A stretch of 64,000 nucleotides of DNA from Neodothiora populina (Eukaryota): the NCBI RefSeq assembly GCF_041146345.1, contig NW_027191413.1:1488001-1552000 (forward strand). The letters run 5' to 3'. Positions 24,401 through 36,080 of the stretch are shown one piece after another. The position numbers and the translations under genes are program-made. The notes beneath the pieces are model-generated. The model did not search any database and was not told the origin of the DNA. It was given only the letters and a program-made list of their open reading frames with translations. Every line of letters begins with the position of its first letter. Positions within the stretch are counted from its first letter, which is position 1.

Positions 24401-25537
24401 GGGGGCCAACTTCACTCTTCACTCTTCGGCGCAAAAATCATAGCTCTAACTCCTTGCAGGCTTTGCAGAGTACATGTGAAACGTCGAGCAAAAAGTGAGA
24501 TAAAGCCAATGTGTTATATACGCGTTACGTGAGCGTTTCTCCTACAGTTCAACTGCCGTGCCGCCGCATTCGTCTCGACCCGCAGCGCAGCAGTCTTTCG
24601 TATCTTCGTACTGCCTTTGCCCTCTGCCCTCTGCCCTTGCCTGTGGTCACTGTCACTGTGCGTTGTACCCGTACGTCCCCAACGCAGGAACAACGCACGC
24701 CCGCCCCCTCCAACTTGCCGTTGTTATCGCACCTAGATGCGACACCGTCGTGCTGGCTCAAGTGCGAGCGCTCGGGCGTGTACGTCGCGTGCCCTCCACA
24801 ACATAACAAGGCTCATAATTACAGTAGAACAACTCAAGAGTGACACCAGACGACGTCTGACCGCAAGTAAGCTGGCGATCGATGCAAAAGGATTTAGCTC
24901 TGATCTCATCGAAGCGTACGAGAGGGAAGAGGCAAACCCCCCAGGCACGCGCTCAAACTCTGCCGTACTGTATCTCAATGATTTTATAAGTTAGGATATG
25001 TTCCTACGACATGCTCTAGAAGTCTTTACCGGTAAGTCGATCGAGATCCATTACATCGGTGCCGGTGCCTGGTGCGCGGGCCTGGTCGCGTGCCTGGTCG
25101 GGCCTCTTCTGAATACGTGTGTGATGCTTTCGTGAGGTAAAGGTTAAGGGCAAGGTGAGGAAGCTACTGTATCTCTATCTTATCTTACTGAATCATTGCC
25201 CGTTTGTTCATTACTCAAGACCTTTCCCCGAATATTAGTTTCTCGGGATATGGTTTGGTTGGCATGTACGTGTATCATTTTCATGTTCTGGTGCCAGTAA
25301 CGAAAGACGAAAGACGCCTGCTTCTTTTGGACTGTGTACTGAGTCATGATGATTTGTATCTTGCATTTGATTGATCTTGTTTCAGGACTGTAGCTGAGTA
25401 GAGATAACTTTCTGATACAGAGATTCTGAATTTGTAGCCAGCCCAGCGGGCACCTTCGTGACTGGATTATAGTATTATCTTGTTCTTCGTCTCCTTCGTA
25501 CATTCATTAGTCCTTTTCACACCCCACCCCCATCTTA

Positions 25538-27526
25538 TTACTTGGCAGCGAACTTGCTGCGAGCTCTCAATTTGTCACCGAAGAAAAAGAGCACATAGAC
25601 ACCGACGACACACCCGGCAGCCAATGAAGCAAGCAGACTGACTCCAGATCCGACGCCGAGGTTATCGTAGAGCGGTCTCGAAAACAAGATTGCTGCAAAT
25701 GCCAGCATTGACCTGGCGAAATCGTTGCCGGCGAACAGAGACGCGGAATAGGCGGGATATACCAGCGCCAGGTAGATGAAGATGCACTGGAAGATGATGA
25801 AAATGCCGACCACGGTGATGACGATGCCTATGCAGCTGACGATCCAGTGGATGTGGCCGTTGCCGGTCCAGGCGAAAATGAATAGTCCGATTGGGATCAG
25901 GATGGATGAGAAGAGTGCTGGGATGAGACGGCGTTCCGGTGCGCCGAGGCCATGGGCGATGATTTCGGGTTCGACCACGTATTTCAGATAATAGAAATAG
26001 AACTGCATACATGGATTAGCACATGTCTTTATACTTAGGGGAAAGAAAGGCTTACCGATGTGGCGATCACGACAGCTACGGTGACTGAGAGGAATGTGAG
26101 ACCCATTTCTCCAACGTTGAAGCCGTACCGGTTGATGTAGACCAGGGGAAAGACTTCAAAAAACGAATAGAAAATGCCATAGAGAAGGGCAATGTACAGA
26201 TCTGCATACGCGATTGCAGGATCCAGTATCATCAGCTGGATCGGTCGAATCAGAGAGTTACGAGCAGTCTCCTTGAAATCGATTTCCTTCATCTCCGGAC
26301 TGGTCTTGAAACGATCACTCCCGGTGAGCTTGCGCAAGCGTTGAGCACGGCGGTGCAATACGTTATCGGCCAGTGTTTCGGGCAGAAGGAAGAAAAGAGT
26401 AAGCCAGATAGGCCCGGCGAGCCAGAGCATCTCCCACAGACTCCATCGCCAATTCTCGGCTGCGACTGAGAATCCCGAGATGATGGGACCGAGGGCAGGA
26501 CCGACACAAGCTGCTGCTGCCCAACAAGTGAGGGCATAAGGGAGCTTGATGAGTGGATACATATCTTGCAAAGTCGCGCCTCCGGTAGCAAGACACGGGG
26601 AACCGAAGAAGCCCTGCAGAAATCGAAGGACTAAAAGGCTGGCGAAGTTATCGACGAGTGCGGTGGGAACGCAAAGGATAACGAAGATTGCGAAAGACAC
26701 CATGTAAGGCGGATTGCGGCCTATGACAGGAATCTCCTGAATTGGCGAGAAAAATAGTGGACCAATACCATATGCCATGACATAGAGGGCCAGTCCAAGT
26801 GATGCTGCGGTTATACCGACATCGAAGCGTTCCATGACACCTTCGGTTGAAGGCGTGTATATGGCAGAGCCTGTATAAACCCCTGTAGTGTAGATACAGA
26901 TGAGGAAGGTGACTAGTGCTTTCTTTGCAGAACCCCAATTCTGTAATGACATTAGCATCAGATGGATCGTCGTGTGTTTACTCATGACTTGCCTGAGGAT
27001 TATCCGGATCATCAGTAGAGTAGAAATCTACAAGCACTGTCCCGTCGTTGAGTTTTTGCGCCTCGATAGGTTGTGCTGGCTGGGATCCAACGCGGGCAGA
27101 GGCTGAAAATGCTTGTTCGAGATCTGCTCTTGTCATCGTATTCTCCAACGCGATGCGGGCGCTGATGGGAGAGATGACGGGTTGCAAACCTGATGCATGA
27201 CTGTCCTTACGCTTTGGATCCTTTAGCTCTTCATCGGTGAGCGTACGCGCAAGATCGAGGTTGTGGAGTGACTCGTTAGACTCTCTCCGGTCTGCCGAAT
27301 CTGGTCGTCTCGTATTCGCCTTCTCGACATCACTCAGGTCTTTCTCTGTGGCAGACGTTGTTGTGACCGATGGCGACTCCTCCGCTGATTTGTAGTCTGG
27401 GCAACCTGCCAGATAGCATGATGGCAATTCGAAGTCACTGCGTTCCTCTGGATACCGAAGGTATTTGTTTTTTGTGATATAGCGGACAAGCTGACCGAAG
27501 GGAGCATCCCTGATAAGATCCGACAT
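25538..27526 (-). CDS. MFS multidrug transporter, DHA1 family (Flr1/Mdr1/Caf5-like)
   Basis: N-terminus MSDLIRDAPFGQLVR, DDPDNPQ|NW, GPLFFSPIQE..GRNPPY, RFLQGFFGSP..ATGG, GPALGPIISGF and PERRL. Introns 26941-26992 (GC-AG) and 26003-26055. Confidence 0.92.
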
Positions 27527-28751
27527 TTTGGCGTTCGAAGCCGGGGAAGGGAAAGTATTGTGATAATTATGGAAAAACGGCGGCCACTTAGGTGCGATTT
27601 CTGCAACAAAGCCGTCTCAATAGAGAAGTGAAGTGGGGATATAACAGAGTATATCTTGAGATCCGATGGGAATATGAAAGAACATAACAAGGGGTGGTTC
27701 GACCCAAAATATACCATGTCTACCTCTTGATCCTACGCGAGACTTACAAGCATGTAGATAGAAAGAAATGACACATGCCAAAAGACGCCATTGTGATTAG
27801 AGATCATGCTTACAGGCACCGGATGAACTTTCAAAGGTTTACATACTTCCTCTTCGAACGAATTCATCCGCCAGAGTGTGTGTTGTAGGATCAAAGAAAA
27901 ATTAAGTTTCGAGACAAGTAAGACGACGTCGATTCGTTTGTAAGCTCACCCGCAAGCGGTAGTGCTGACATCAGCTCCTCCACGTTTTGGAGCTTAGAAA
28001 TCGCAACTACGAATCGAGTCGAATGGACGTAAGGTAGGTACACACTCGGACATAAGATACTCGACCATACAAATGCGAAAGAAAGAACCAGATCTCCGGG
28101 TCTTGCTATCGCATCGAACAGATCAATTACTAACCGGACGGGCTGTAGGAGGATCTTTCGGCCTAGTCGTGCCTTATCGAAACACCTTAATTCTACCACC
28201 AAAACCGACGGAGTCAGATATCGCTACAAGTACATAGATCTATTGAAACTTCAAAGATATCAGATTAGTAATCTATACCTTAAGCTACGCTGTAGAGCAT
28301 TTGACATCGAAGCGTATGAAGAAATAGTAGCGCCAGCAATGCCTAGGTCTGTAGAAATGCTTTTGGTGCGTGTTCGTAGCCAGGCTCCCCTGGTGGCCTA
28401 ACAATGTTCCTTGGTGCATGCGTGCGTATAGATATACTGGTAATATACACGTTCTAGGCCCGAAATCACCTGTACCTTAGCTGCTTATCTGGGTCGAACT
28501 CTACCTCCGTCTGCCGGAAGGAAGACATATCACGTATTTTGTATGGACGAGATACGCCTCTAAAGCCACATGGGAGGGCCAGGTGACAGTGCTCCCTTGG
28601 CATGCAGGATCTATCAACCAAGTTGTACCAACTGTTAACCTGGAAGTCTTGTGGGTACACTGGACTCTATCACCAACATTCAGAGTGTGGAAGTGAATAT
28701 CTGGTTCCATCATTGCGTGCCGGTCGTATAGTTCATTATTGAGGAGTCTCA

Positions 28752-31313
28752 TCAGTCCTCGATATCATCGTCGCTAAGTACAAGTTTCTCAATCTCATGT
28801 TCGACTGGAATATGCAAGCCACCTCCCTCGACTTCAATTTTCTTCTGACCAGAGACTACACTATTCCGCAGCTGTAGCCTTTCCCTTTCCACTTTCGGCC
28901 GATCAATTGACCACTCTGATATGCCATATGATGCGTTAACTTCGTCATCGGCATCGTTGTCAGCGTCTCCGAGATCTTTGGCATCAGGTGCTACGCTGCC
29001 CTGAAACGAAGTGAGTGTGACCATGTTTTCGAGAAGCGAAGATGAGATGCCTGGTCGCGTAGACAGGATTTGCGAAGCATATGGCAAGCGATCGAGGAGC
29101 ATCTCGGCCTTTGTCGATAGGTTGCTTGGGAGGACGGAAGTCGAAGCCGTCTGGGAAATTGCTTCCCTAGATCCTTCCTCGCCAACGAATGACCCGCGCT
29201 TCCAGCTCTCCACGCCTCCCTCCCTTACGCTCTTAGCTGGTTGACCACTGACGACTGCAGTGCCAGTCTGCAAAGACTGCACGACCAGATCGTAGATGCC
29301 CTCATTCTCCTCCTTGCTCTTCCAGATCTTCAGGCTTGCAGGGTAGAACATCCTGAATGCATCTCCCTTTCTGCCGGTACCTCCTTCTCCTCTATGGACT
29401 GGACTCGGCAAGGCAAACAGTAGGCCCCGAACAGCATTTTGGAAACTTATGTCATCTTGACGTAGATTATCCTGTGCAGACCCAGAGAATGCACGAGTGC
29501 CGAAATTGAAGCGATCTAGAGATAAAAGATCGGTATCCGAGAATGCGTCAAGGCAGCCACACAAGCTGTCTAGGGCTTCTTCCTGGGAGTTTGAGTTGCA
29601 CGAAAGCGCATAGTTCTCATGCAGAGCGGAGACAAAGGTGCTAGTGTCAGTGCCGAGCTCATTGATCAGAACATCTACGTCTAGTTCTGGGACCTTGGGC
29701 TTCCTATGCTGCGGTATATGATTCGGAGGCTGCGGTACAGGAAATCTCGGGGTCATGCGTTTATTGTATACAACTTTCCCCACCGCGTGAAATATACCTA
29801 GGCTGCTCTCGCGATTGCTGACGAGCTTAAGGGCCTCGATTTCTTGCTTCGTTAGAGGGGCATCTTTCTTGCCACCTTTCGGCTTTGTGAAAGCAATCTT
29901 CGCAGACCAGGTGTCTTCGTCGTCGCCCTTGACGCAGAGAAATTCGAGAGATGAAACAGCACTGCGCATATCACCTGTTTCAGTGATATGCTTTAGTATT
30001 TGTGACCCTGGAGTTCTGCGTCGTCCTGATCTGCGAGCCTCTTTCAGCACGATCAGTTCCAGAGCTTTCGTAAGGTATGTAGTTGCGATTGGGTTGAATT
30101 CCACTTCGACGGTGAGTGGATGAGCTAATATCTGTGGGCCGAGTAGACGATGCGCAGTGAAGCTGTCCGTGGAGGAGGCGCTGGTCGACAAGAGTGCTTC
30201 CGAAACCACCACGACTAGGGGTGTTGGCTTGGCTGTTGCAGAACGGGGCATAGCGAGAAACTGGAGGATCGTTGATCTGAAGGACTGCATTGCGGTAGAT
30301 GTTCGTGCCAGTGAGCTCGGAAATTCTTCTACAAGCATGATTTTCGATTGGTCTGGTTGGTCCTCAGGCACATGAGCAACTGGAGATGGGTTCTCACCAC
30401 TAGCCAGTTGGAGACCCGCAAACTGTCCACTTCGCAGAATGAATTCCTCGAATTGAGCGGATGCAGAGATTAATGCGCCAGAAGAAGTCTCAGCTCCCAT
30501 AGGATTCTTCCACTCGATCACTTCTACGTTGATATCTTTCGCAATTAGATTCACCGTCGTTGTTTTTCCCGATCCGGCTGGTCCTTTCAATACAACTAAA
30601 CGGGGCATCGCTTGGTTCGATAGTGCTGATTGCAGCACACCCCTGACATCTTGTACCTTCTTTCTGTGCACAGCGAGCTCGTTCAGGTCAGCTGGAGCAA
30701 ATCTCTCCGTCCAAGGTCTTGTGTCATCAGATCTTGGCTTGACAGTTGCCTTGCTTCCATCACTGATTTTACGAAACTTCTGCGCAGACTTATATTCATT
30801 GCCCGCCGTGCCACCCGCAGTGTCGTCGTGAAACTTCCTTTTTCGCACCGTCAGAGCGGTTCTCGAGCCTTTGGCGAACGAGATAGCAGTATCATCGCCC
30901 GAGATGTCGTCCAGAATATCCTCGGCGAATTCCTCCTGGGACGCCCGTGGCTTTTCGGGACTCACTGATTGCTGCGACTGTTGTCTTTGTGTGGCCGCGT
31001 TGAAGAAAGAATATATAGATCTGCTGCCACGCTTTGACGCCTCTAATGGTTTTGTTGCTTGCGACCTGGATTTGCCTGGCCGAAACTTAGGTACCGCGGA
31101 TGTGGGCTTGGATGTAGTCGACGAGGCAGGAATGGTAAGCTGTGTAGTTCCTCTACTTGTTGACCCTTGGCTGCTTTTCGCCATAGTCAAAGCTGGCTTC
31201 TGGACTTTCACCTCGTCGTCACTCAGTATGTCTTCTACGGCTGTTTTATCGTCTTCATCCTCATCTGAGGACAGTACGACTGCCTTTCGCCGGCCAGGGC
31301 GTGGCTGGCCCAT
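28752..31313 (-). CDS. rad17: Checkpoint clamp-loader subunit Rad17 (S. cerevisiae Rad24)
   Basis: PWTERFAP..LAVHRKKV, Walker A GPAGSGKT, Walker B-like MLVEEFP, FNPIA, GDMRSA, IFHAVGKVVYNKR and acidic tail DDIED. Confidence 0.93.
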   Translation of the reverse strand: MGQPRPGRRKAVVLSSDEDEDDKTAVEDILSDDEVKVQKPALTMAKSSQGSTSRGTTQLTIPASSTTSKPTSAVPKFRPGKSRSQATKPLEASKRGSRSIYSFFNAATQRQQSQQSVSPEKPRASQEEFAEDILDDISGDDTAISFAKGSRTALTVRKRKFHDDTAGGTAGNEYKSAQKFRKISDGSKATVKPRSDDTRPWTERFAPADLNELAVHRKKVQDVRGVLQSALSNQAMPRLVVLKGPAGSGKTTTVNLIAKDINVEVIEWKNPMGAETSSGALISASAQFEEFILRSGQFAGLQLASGENPSPVAHVPEDQPDQSKIMLVEEFPSSLARTSTAMQSFRSTILQFLAMPRSATAKPTPLVVVVSEALLSTSASSTDSFTAHRLLGPQILAHPLTVEVEFNPIATTYLTKALELIVLKEARRSGRRRTPGSQILKHITETGDMRSAVSSLEFLCVKGDDEDTWSAKIAFTKPKGGKKDAPLTKQEIEALKLVSNRESSLGIFHAVGKVVYNKRMTPRFPVPQPPNHIPQHRKPKVPELDVDVLINELGTDTSTFVSALHENYALSCNSNSQEEALDSLCGCLDAFSDTDLLSLDRFNFGTRAFSGSAQDNLRQDDISFQNAVRGLLFALPSPVHRGEGGTGRKGDAFRMFYPASLKIWKSKEENEGIYDLVVQSLQTGTAVVSGQPAKSVREGGVESWKRGSFVGEEGSREAISQTASTSVLPSNLSTKAEMLLDRLPYASQILSTRPGISSSLLENMVTLTSFQGSVAPDAKDLGDADNDADDEVNASYGISEWSIDRPKVERERLQLRNSVVSGQKKIEVEGGGLHIPVEHEIEKLVLSDDDIED

Positions 31314-31808
31314 GCTGGATAGTCTGATCGGACTACGAGATTCAGCATTTGCTGGATAGAATGCTCACTTGGACGAAGCGTCAAGATAAACGGATCACAT
31401 TATGAATTGTTTGAAAGTTGTTCGACAGAAAGTTGATCGATAATCAAATAAGGTAAGCTTTAGAAGGACAACGTCACTAAGGCTTGAGCATCACGCGATC
31501 ACGTGCGTCAATCAGGTGTCCTCTTTGGGTCTAATTCCGCTCTTGCTCGTAGCTTCGGTTATACATGACCCGGATGGTTGTCGACGGAGTATCTTGGTAT
31601 GAGGACATAATAATTATTCTATGGCACAAGGTCTGTCGCTAACACCTTAAATCCTTTGTCATAGTCAGGCATTGGACGTATGTTGCTCATCATTGACACT
31701 TTTCAGATCACATAGTAGTCTGACTTTTATCTGAATGCATTAAAGCATTAAAGAATGCCCCTTGACATTGACAACATTATGAAGATAATAATGTGACTCG
31801 CTTGCCAC

Positions 31809-34197
31809 TTATTCCTCCTGTGCTCCAGACTCAAAAGCTGGCAGTCTAGCGGCTACCTCTGCCCAGGTCTCCTTGCCCTTGCACATTCTGCTGACTGCCT
31901 TGATGACGTCTGCCTCGCTGGCTCTGATTTGCTTGGTGCTGTCGCGATCTCTGAGGGTGAAGGTACCATCCTCGAGGGATTCGTAGTCAACAGTGAGACC
32001 GAATGGAATACCGAGCTCATCGTTACGGGCGTAGCGCTTGCCAATGGACACACCGGTCTGGTCGACCTTGTATGAGATTTGCTTGGCATCGAGCTTGGCC
32101 TCAAGTCTCTGAACAAGAGGCGCAAACTTGGGGTCCTTCTGAAGAGGAACCACGAGAACCTTGATGGGTGCGACAACTGGGTTGAATGAGAGAACCTGGG
32201 AAATCGAGATTAGCAAAGTTGTCAAAGCATCTGATATGCTGTTCATGCTTACAGATCGGGCTTCGTCGTTCTCGCGAGTCCAGTAGCAGTGCTCCATCAA
32301 GCTGTAGAGAATGCGTCCAATACCGAAAGAAGGCTCGATAACATTGGGCACAAATTCTCTGAAAGTGACGTTCCTCTTCTGCTTCTCGAACTTAACAACA
32401 GAGGTGTCGAGTTCCACCTTGCCGCCTTCGACACTTGCCACAGGAAGCTCAACCTTACCCTCCTTGTCCATTGTGATCGATAGCTTCTCACGCATGTCTT
32501 GTGTGAGTTCTTCGAGTGCGGTCTCGACGGCCTTGGCGTCCTTCTTGAACTTGGGTCCGGACTTCTTCTTGTCAAGTACGGGCATCCACTCCTCCACAAC
32601 GTAAGGCTCCTTGAGCAGCTCACGGGCTCTCAAGGGCTGGCCTGTGGCTTTCTCGTGTACGCTCAAGTCGTAGGCAGAACGATCGGCACAACCGACACAC
32701 TCGGTCCAGCCATATGAGTTGAGAAGCTCGCAATCCCAGCAGTCCGAAGCATAATGAGCCATCTCGTTCTCCAAGTGCTGTCTGAACCTGACCTTGCTCA
32801 TATCCATGCCGATCTTCTCCATAAATTGGTTGATTCGTACGAGGAAGTAGCCGAGGGTCTCGTTGTCCACCAGCTTGGTAGATACGGCGTCGCCAATCGC
32901 AACCATCTCAGGAGTGGTGTTTCCTGAAGACTGAGTCTTACGGCTCAGCAGAGGGAGCTTGATGTGAGACACACTGGCGAACTTGGGGTGCTTCTTGCCA
33001 CCCTCTGGGTCGACAAAGTGCTCTATCTCGGCCATCAAGAACTCTCTCACGCGAAGCAGACCAGCGCGAGGAGAAAGCTCGTTACGGAAAGAGTATCCAA
33101 CGGATGCGGAGGCAAAGGGGAGCAGACCATCGCTGAACTCCAAAAGCTTCTGGAAGGAAAGAAATTGACCCTGCGCGGTCTCAGGCCTCAAGAAAGCCGG
33201 TGAGTTACCAGCAGCCCCAATTTGAGTCTGGAACATGAGGTTCACGGCGACCGGGGGCTCAACCTCGTTACCGGTAGAGGGGTTGCGAATGTCGTGCTTC
33301 TTGATCAGCTCGCCCATGGCGTCTCCGGTGAAGTCGTCGAGGACAGCAAGAATGTGAGTGTAGTCGTCGCGAACTGCGTCGTCAAGCTTCACGGCGCCCT
33401 TGTTGACCTTGGCCTTTTTCTTCTTCTTGGGGTCATCTTCCTTGGCCTCAATCTTCACACCGCGGGCCTCCTTGTCACCATCGAGGCGCTGTTCAAGCAC
33501 TTCCTTGATGAGATGGTCTGTTCGCAGGATCTCACCAGTCTTAGGATCCTTGCCTATACCGCTAAAGTCAATTTCTGATCACTAGAATATGATGAAGATG
33601 ATATTCTTACACATGAAGTCTGCGAATCGTTCCCTGTTTGTTATTAGTACATTGTTCATCACATGCGTTATCGGGAACCAAAGCTTCGATTATACGGAAG
33701 ATCCAGAAACTTACACATGACCAGACGTCTTCAGGACTTCATAAGGAGTAAGCATAGAGCATTTGAGTGCCATCATCTTCTCTGTGCGAATGAAGTGATC
33801 TCTCCAAACTTGGATGACATAGTTCTCGAGACCCTCAAGTGGCGGACCATAATCGAACAGGCCCTGATACCTTGGTAAGTCGATCGTCACTGTTTACTTC
33901 CAAGTCGATTTTGCGCACCTTGACAGCTCCGTAAGGCTCGAACGATTGCCAAAGGAAAGTCTTGCGGCGAAGCAGAGACTCAAATGCGGCTCTATCGAAG
34001 GGCTGACCCTTCTGGGTTTGATAATCGGCAGACATGGCTGATGAGCCGCGCGTTTTACTCTGAATTAACGCGCGAAAGTGACTAGCACTGGAATGAAATG
34101 CTTTTCTCCCCGAGACTATGTGCTCCGAAAGGCCAAGTGTAGGGAAAGAAGAGAAATGATTCAGGTGTCTCGGAGGGCAAACGATCCTCTTCAACAT
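31809..34197 (-). CDS. GRS1: Glycyl-tRNA synthetase (alpha2 type) with probable mitochondrial presequence; second start at 34035
   Basis: GLFDYGPP, LKTSGHVERFADFMCKD, LRPETAQGQF, FRNELSPRAGLLRVREF, EMAHYA, VIEPSFGIGR and anticodon domain SIGKRYARNDELG. Four introns, including those flanking a 23-nt exon (33611-33633) and an in-frame 57-nt intron at 32196-32252. Confidence 0.93.
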
Positions 34198-34545
34198 CCA
34201 ATGCAGATCTGAAAACTTGGTCAGCCCACTGTCCAGGACCGCGAATGAGAGGATGTCCTCGTTCATGACTTACGTTATGTGCTACTCGGATCAATGCGTC
34301 ATTCAGGGGAATGAGTCAATTGCAATCTGATATCTGTAATTATGCGTTGACGAAAGAGGGCTCGAAATTTGGAGGGCGGTGGTGCCAAGATTCCCAGGGT
34401 CCAGCATCGATCTCTCCGCATTTCAATAAAATAATTATTTCATTCTGCCTCAAGCTGGAATCTGTTCTGACATGGCGATTCTATTTTTCGCCCTTCACGA
34501 CATCCATATAGCACGTGCTTAAAACAACCACGGGCTTTCGGAATC

Positions 34546-35796
34546 ATGGTCTACAATACGAACAAGATTCAGAATAAGGTGAAGCGCGGCGAGCAACACC
34601 TTAAGGAAAAGAAGGCCAAAGAGAGCCAAAAGAGAGATGAGAGATTGAGAAGAAGAAGACAAGAAGACAAGAACCCGCATCTGAGAGAAGAAAGACGGAC
34701 GCGCAATGTCCCTCAGACCATTGACAAGAAACGTACCTGGGATGTGGCGGAGGTGGATGCAGCTGAAGGCGACAACTTGGGTCTCAGCGTCGACTTGAAC
34801 TCGTTGAAAAGACGGAAAGTAGACGACGACGACGAGGCAGCTGAACCCGAGGAAAAGGACGAAGACGCTTCAGAAGATGGCGAGGAGGATGAAGAGAAAG
34901 ACGACGATGCAGACAGTATGCTGGACGAAGACTCCGAACAGGAAGAAGACGAAGAGGACGACGAAGGCACGGGATCAAAATCGAAAAAGCAGGCAGCACG
35001 AGAAGCAAGTCCCGCTCAATCAACCGCGACTACTGCAACAAACATGGATCTCACACCATCTGGACTCGTCGCCAAATTCCCCTCCCTCTTCGAGCCGCTC
35101 ACGAAAGAACCCAAGGTTCTGATCACGACTTCCATAAACGGCATGCTTCACCACGAGGCCGAACTGCTCACAAACTTCTTTCCCAACAGCGTATACATCC
35201 GACGATCGGCACACTTCCACGCCCACAAATACTCTGTGCGCGAGATTGCCTCGTTTGCGACGAACCGCGACTACACCACCCTCATCATCTTGAACGAAGA
35301 CCAAAAGAGGCCCAGTGGACTCGATGTCGTCCACTTGCCTCACGGTCCCATGTTCCATTTCAGCATCAGCAACTGGGTCGAGGGTGCAAAACTACCCGGT
35401 CACGGAAATGCCACTGGCCACAACCCCGAACTCATCTTGAACAACTTCCGCACTCCCTTGGGTCTGTTGACTGCACATTTATTCCGAACAATGTTCCCGC
35501 CGCAGCCGGAGTTGGTCGGGCGACAGGTCGTGACACTGCACAACCAGCGTGACTACATATTTGTGAGGCGACACAGATATGTCTTCAGAGACAAGAGGGC
35601 GACTGAGAAGAGCATCGTGGGTACGGACGGAAAGCCGATCGAGGGCGTCGAGGATATCAAGACTGGTCTGCAGGAGCTGGGACCGAGATTCACCTTGAAG
35701 CTAAGAAGAATCGACAAGGGTATCCAGAGGCGAAGTGGGCAAGAATGGCAATGGAGAGCAGGGGACGAGAAGGTCAGGACGAGATTCGCTCTGTAG
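34546..35796 (+). CDS. RPF1: Brix-domain ribosome biogenesis protein Rpf1
   Basis: PKVLITTS, LPHGPMFHFSIS, PELILNNFRTPLG, FPPQP..GRQVVTLHNQRDYIFVRRHRY and LQELGPRFTLKL. Confidence 0.92.
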   Translation: MVYNTNKIQNKVKRGEQHLKEKKAKESQKRDERLRRRRQEDKNPHLREERRTRNVPQTIDKKRTWDVAEVDAAEGDNLGLSVDLNSLKRRKVDDDDEAAEPEEKDEDASEDGEEDEEKDDDADSMLDEDSEQEEDEEDDEGTGSKSKKQAAREASPAQSTATTATNMDLTPSGLVAKFPSLFEPLTKEPKVLITTSINGMLHHEAELLTNFFPNSVYIRRSAHFHAHKYSVREIASFATNRDYTTLIILNEDQKRPSGLDVVHLPHGPMFHFSISNWVEGAKLPGHGNATGHNPELILNNFRTPLGLLTAHLFRTMFPPQPELVGRQVVTLHNQRDYIFVRRHRYVFRDKRATEKSIVGTDGKPIEGVEDIKTGLQELGPRFTLKLRRIDKGIQRRSGQEWQWRAGDEKVRTRFAL

Positions 35797-36080
35797 GATG
35801 TTGATTGTATGTTTTGCAAGCAAGGGGCATCTATTGCTCATGAAAGGCCATTAAGTCATTTACGTGAGAATACTCCTGGTGTCCCCCTCCAATATAAGTC
35901 CGTAATGCAAATCGATTCCTTGTCCGATGTGTGGATGCTTCGTCGCGCTAAAGTGGGTATCTTGGTAGCCTACATCCTCATGCAGAACAGGTAGAAAATA
36001 TCGTCATCATCATGCAGTTCCCTTTGCAGTCGTACGGACTCGCTCATCGATTCTGTCCTTCAAACCTCATACGAGACATA

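Noticed and set aside
28501..28754. 83-aa ORF whose ATG overlaps the rad17 stop (TGATG)
   Set aside because: Stop-start coupling is not expected in a fungal nuclear gene, there are no motifs, and it is probably 3'UTR.
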